From: Flavobacteriaceae bacterium
Lineage (GTDB): Bacteria; Bacteroidota; Bacteroidia; Flavobacteriales; Flavobacteriaceae
Direction: 5' to 3'
Length of the DNA: 32,000 nucleotides
Assembly (NCBI GenBank): GCA_965224465.1
Contig: OZ245049.1
Span: 4,530,001-4,562,000, forward strand
Position numbers and translations under genes: made by a program. The notes under the pieces are model-generated. The model was not told where the DNA came from. It was given only the letters and a program-made list of their open reading frames with translations, and ran no database searches. Shown one piece after another: positions 31,412 to 32,000 of this stretch (its first letter is position 1; every line of letters starts with the position of its first letter).

Positions 31412-32000
31412 CATAAAAAATACGCAATGAATATACCAAAAAAACAATATTTTCTAAACTTTGAGTTATTTATGTCTTATGAAATATATATAAATGACAT
31501 GAAAATAGCAAATAACATTCAATCTGGACCAGTATCTGGATTACGATATTTGAATGATTACATTCTGAATTCGGGAAAACAAACAATAACATTAATTGAC
31601 CGTGATTTAAAACCTAATTCTAATATGCCAAATGATATATTTAAAAAAATAAGTTTAGAAATTTATAGTGCAGATGAAAATGATGAAAACACAAAGTTGG
31701 AAAAGAAGTTTGATTTCCCTGATATACCAACTCCAAGACCATATTATTATAAAAACACATGGGAGTTTGATGCTGAAGTTCCTTACACCGTAGACGGATG
31801 GAAAGATGGGCAAGATTTATCAAAAATAGATCAAAAAGAGTTGAAGAAAATGGTGGTAGCGAAATTTCAACACTTAAGAACAATTTTAAATCAAGGAAAA
31901 GTAGATCAATTTATGGAAGAAAACGCCAAAGGATATAAGGAATTTGTTATTACCAACTATTATCAAAAAAAATGGCATGAATTTGACGAAAACATTAGAG
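31412..32000 (+). pseudogene. family-B lipoprotein gene B2, 3' part (continues beyond window)
   Basis: After the duplicated CATAAAAAA the frame continues YAMNIPKKQYFLNFELFMSYEIYINDMK..., highly similar by eye to B1. Confidence 0.75.

Overview
Low-GC window, probably from a Flavobacteriia (Bacteroidota) chromosome; the taxon is inferred from gene content and lipobox-rich ORFs. Positions 1-8405 are ordinary core genome: PASTA-domain protein 3' end, rluD, yaaA, a DUF2853-like gene, sdaA, dnaK and an S8 peptidase lipoprotein, with clear hairpin terminators. From about 8.7 kb to the window end lies an accessory island with several mobile-element insertions. It contains two 99% identical IS30-family copies, each with its own 3-bp target duplication, and a decayed tyrosine-recombinase remnant. 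A three-gene toxin / HTH-antitoxin / possible SecB-like chaperone operon follows. Next comes a VgrG spike gene, a PAAR-domain protein with an unrecognised C-terminal extension, and two unknown partner genes. A gene of about 751 aa, a candidate secreted effector, is cleanly split by the second IS30 copy. Downstream is a tandem array of paralogous ~300-aa lipoprotein genes, candidate immunity proteins. Two of them carry pure (CAA)n microsatellites encoding 17 and 14 glutamines right after the lipobox. About 5 kb (effector C-terminal module plus lipoprotein genes) is tandemly duplicated, producing an orphan effector C-terminus joined to an immunity-gene remnant that carries a 76-bp MITE-like insertion. 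An IS66-family element (tnpB plus transposase) interrupts the last lipoprotein gene. Several genes carry frameshifts at simple repeats. No rRNA, tRNA or CRISPR was seen. All family names come from motif recognition by eye; no searches were run.
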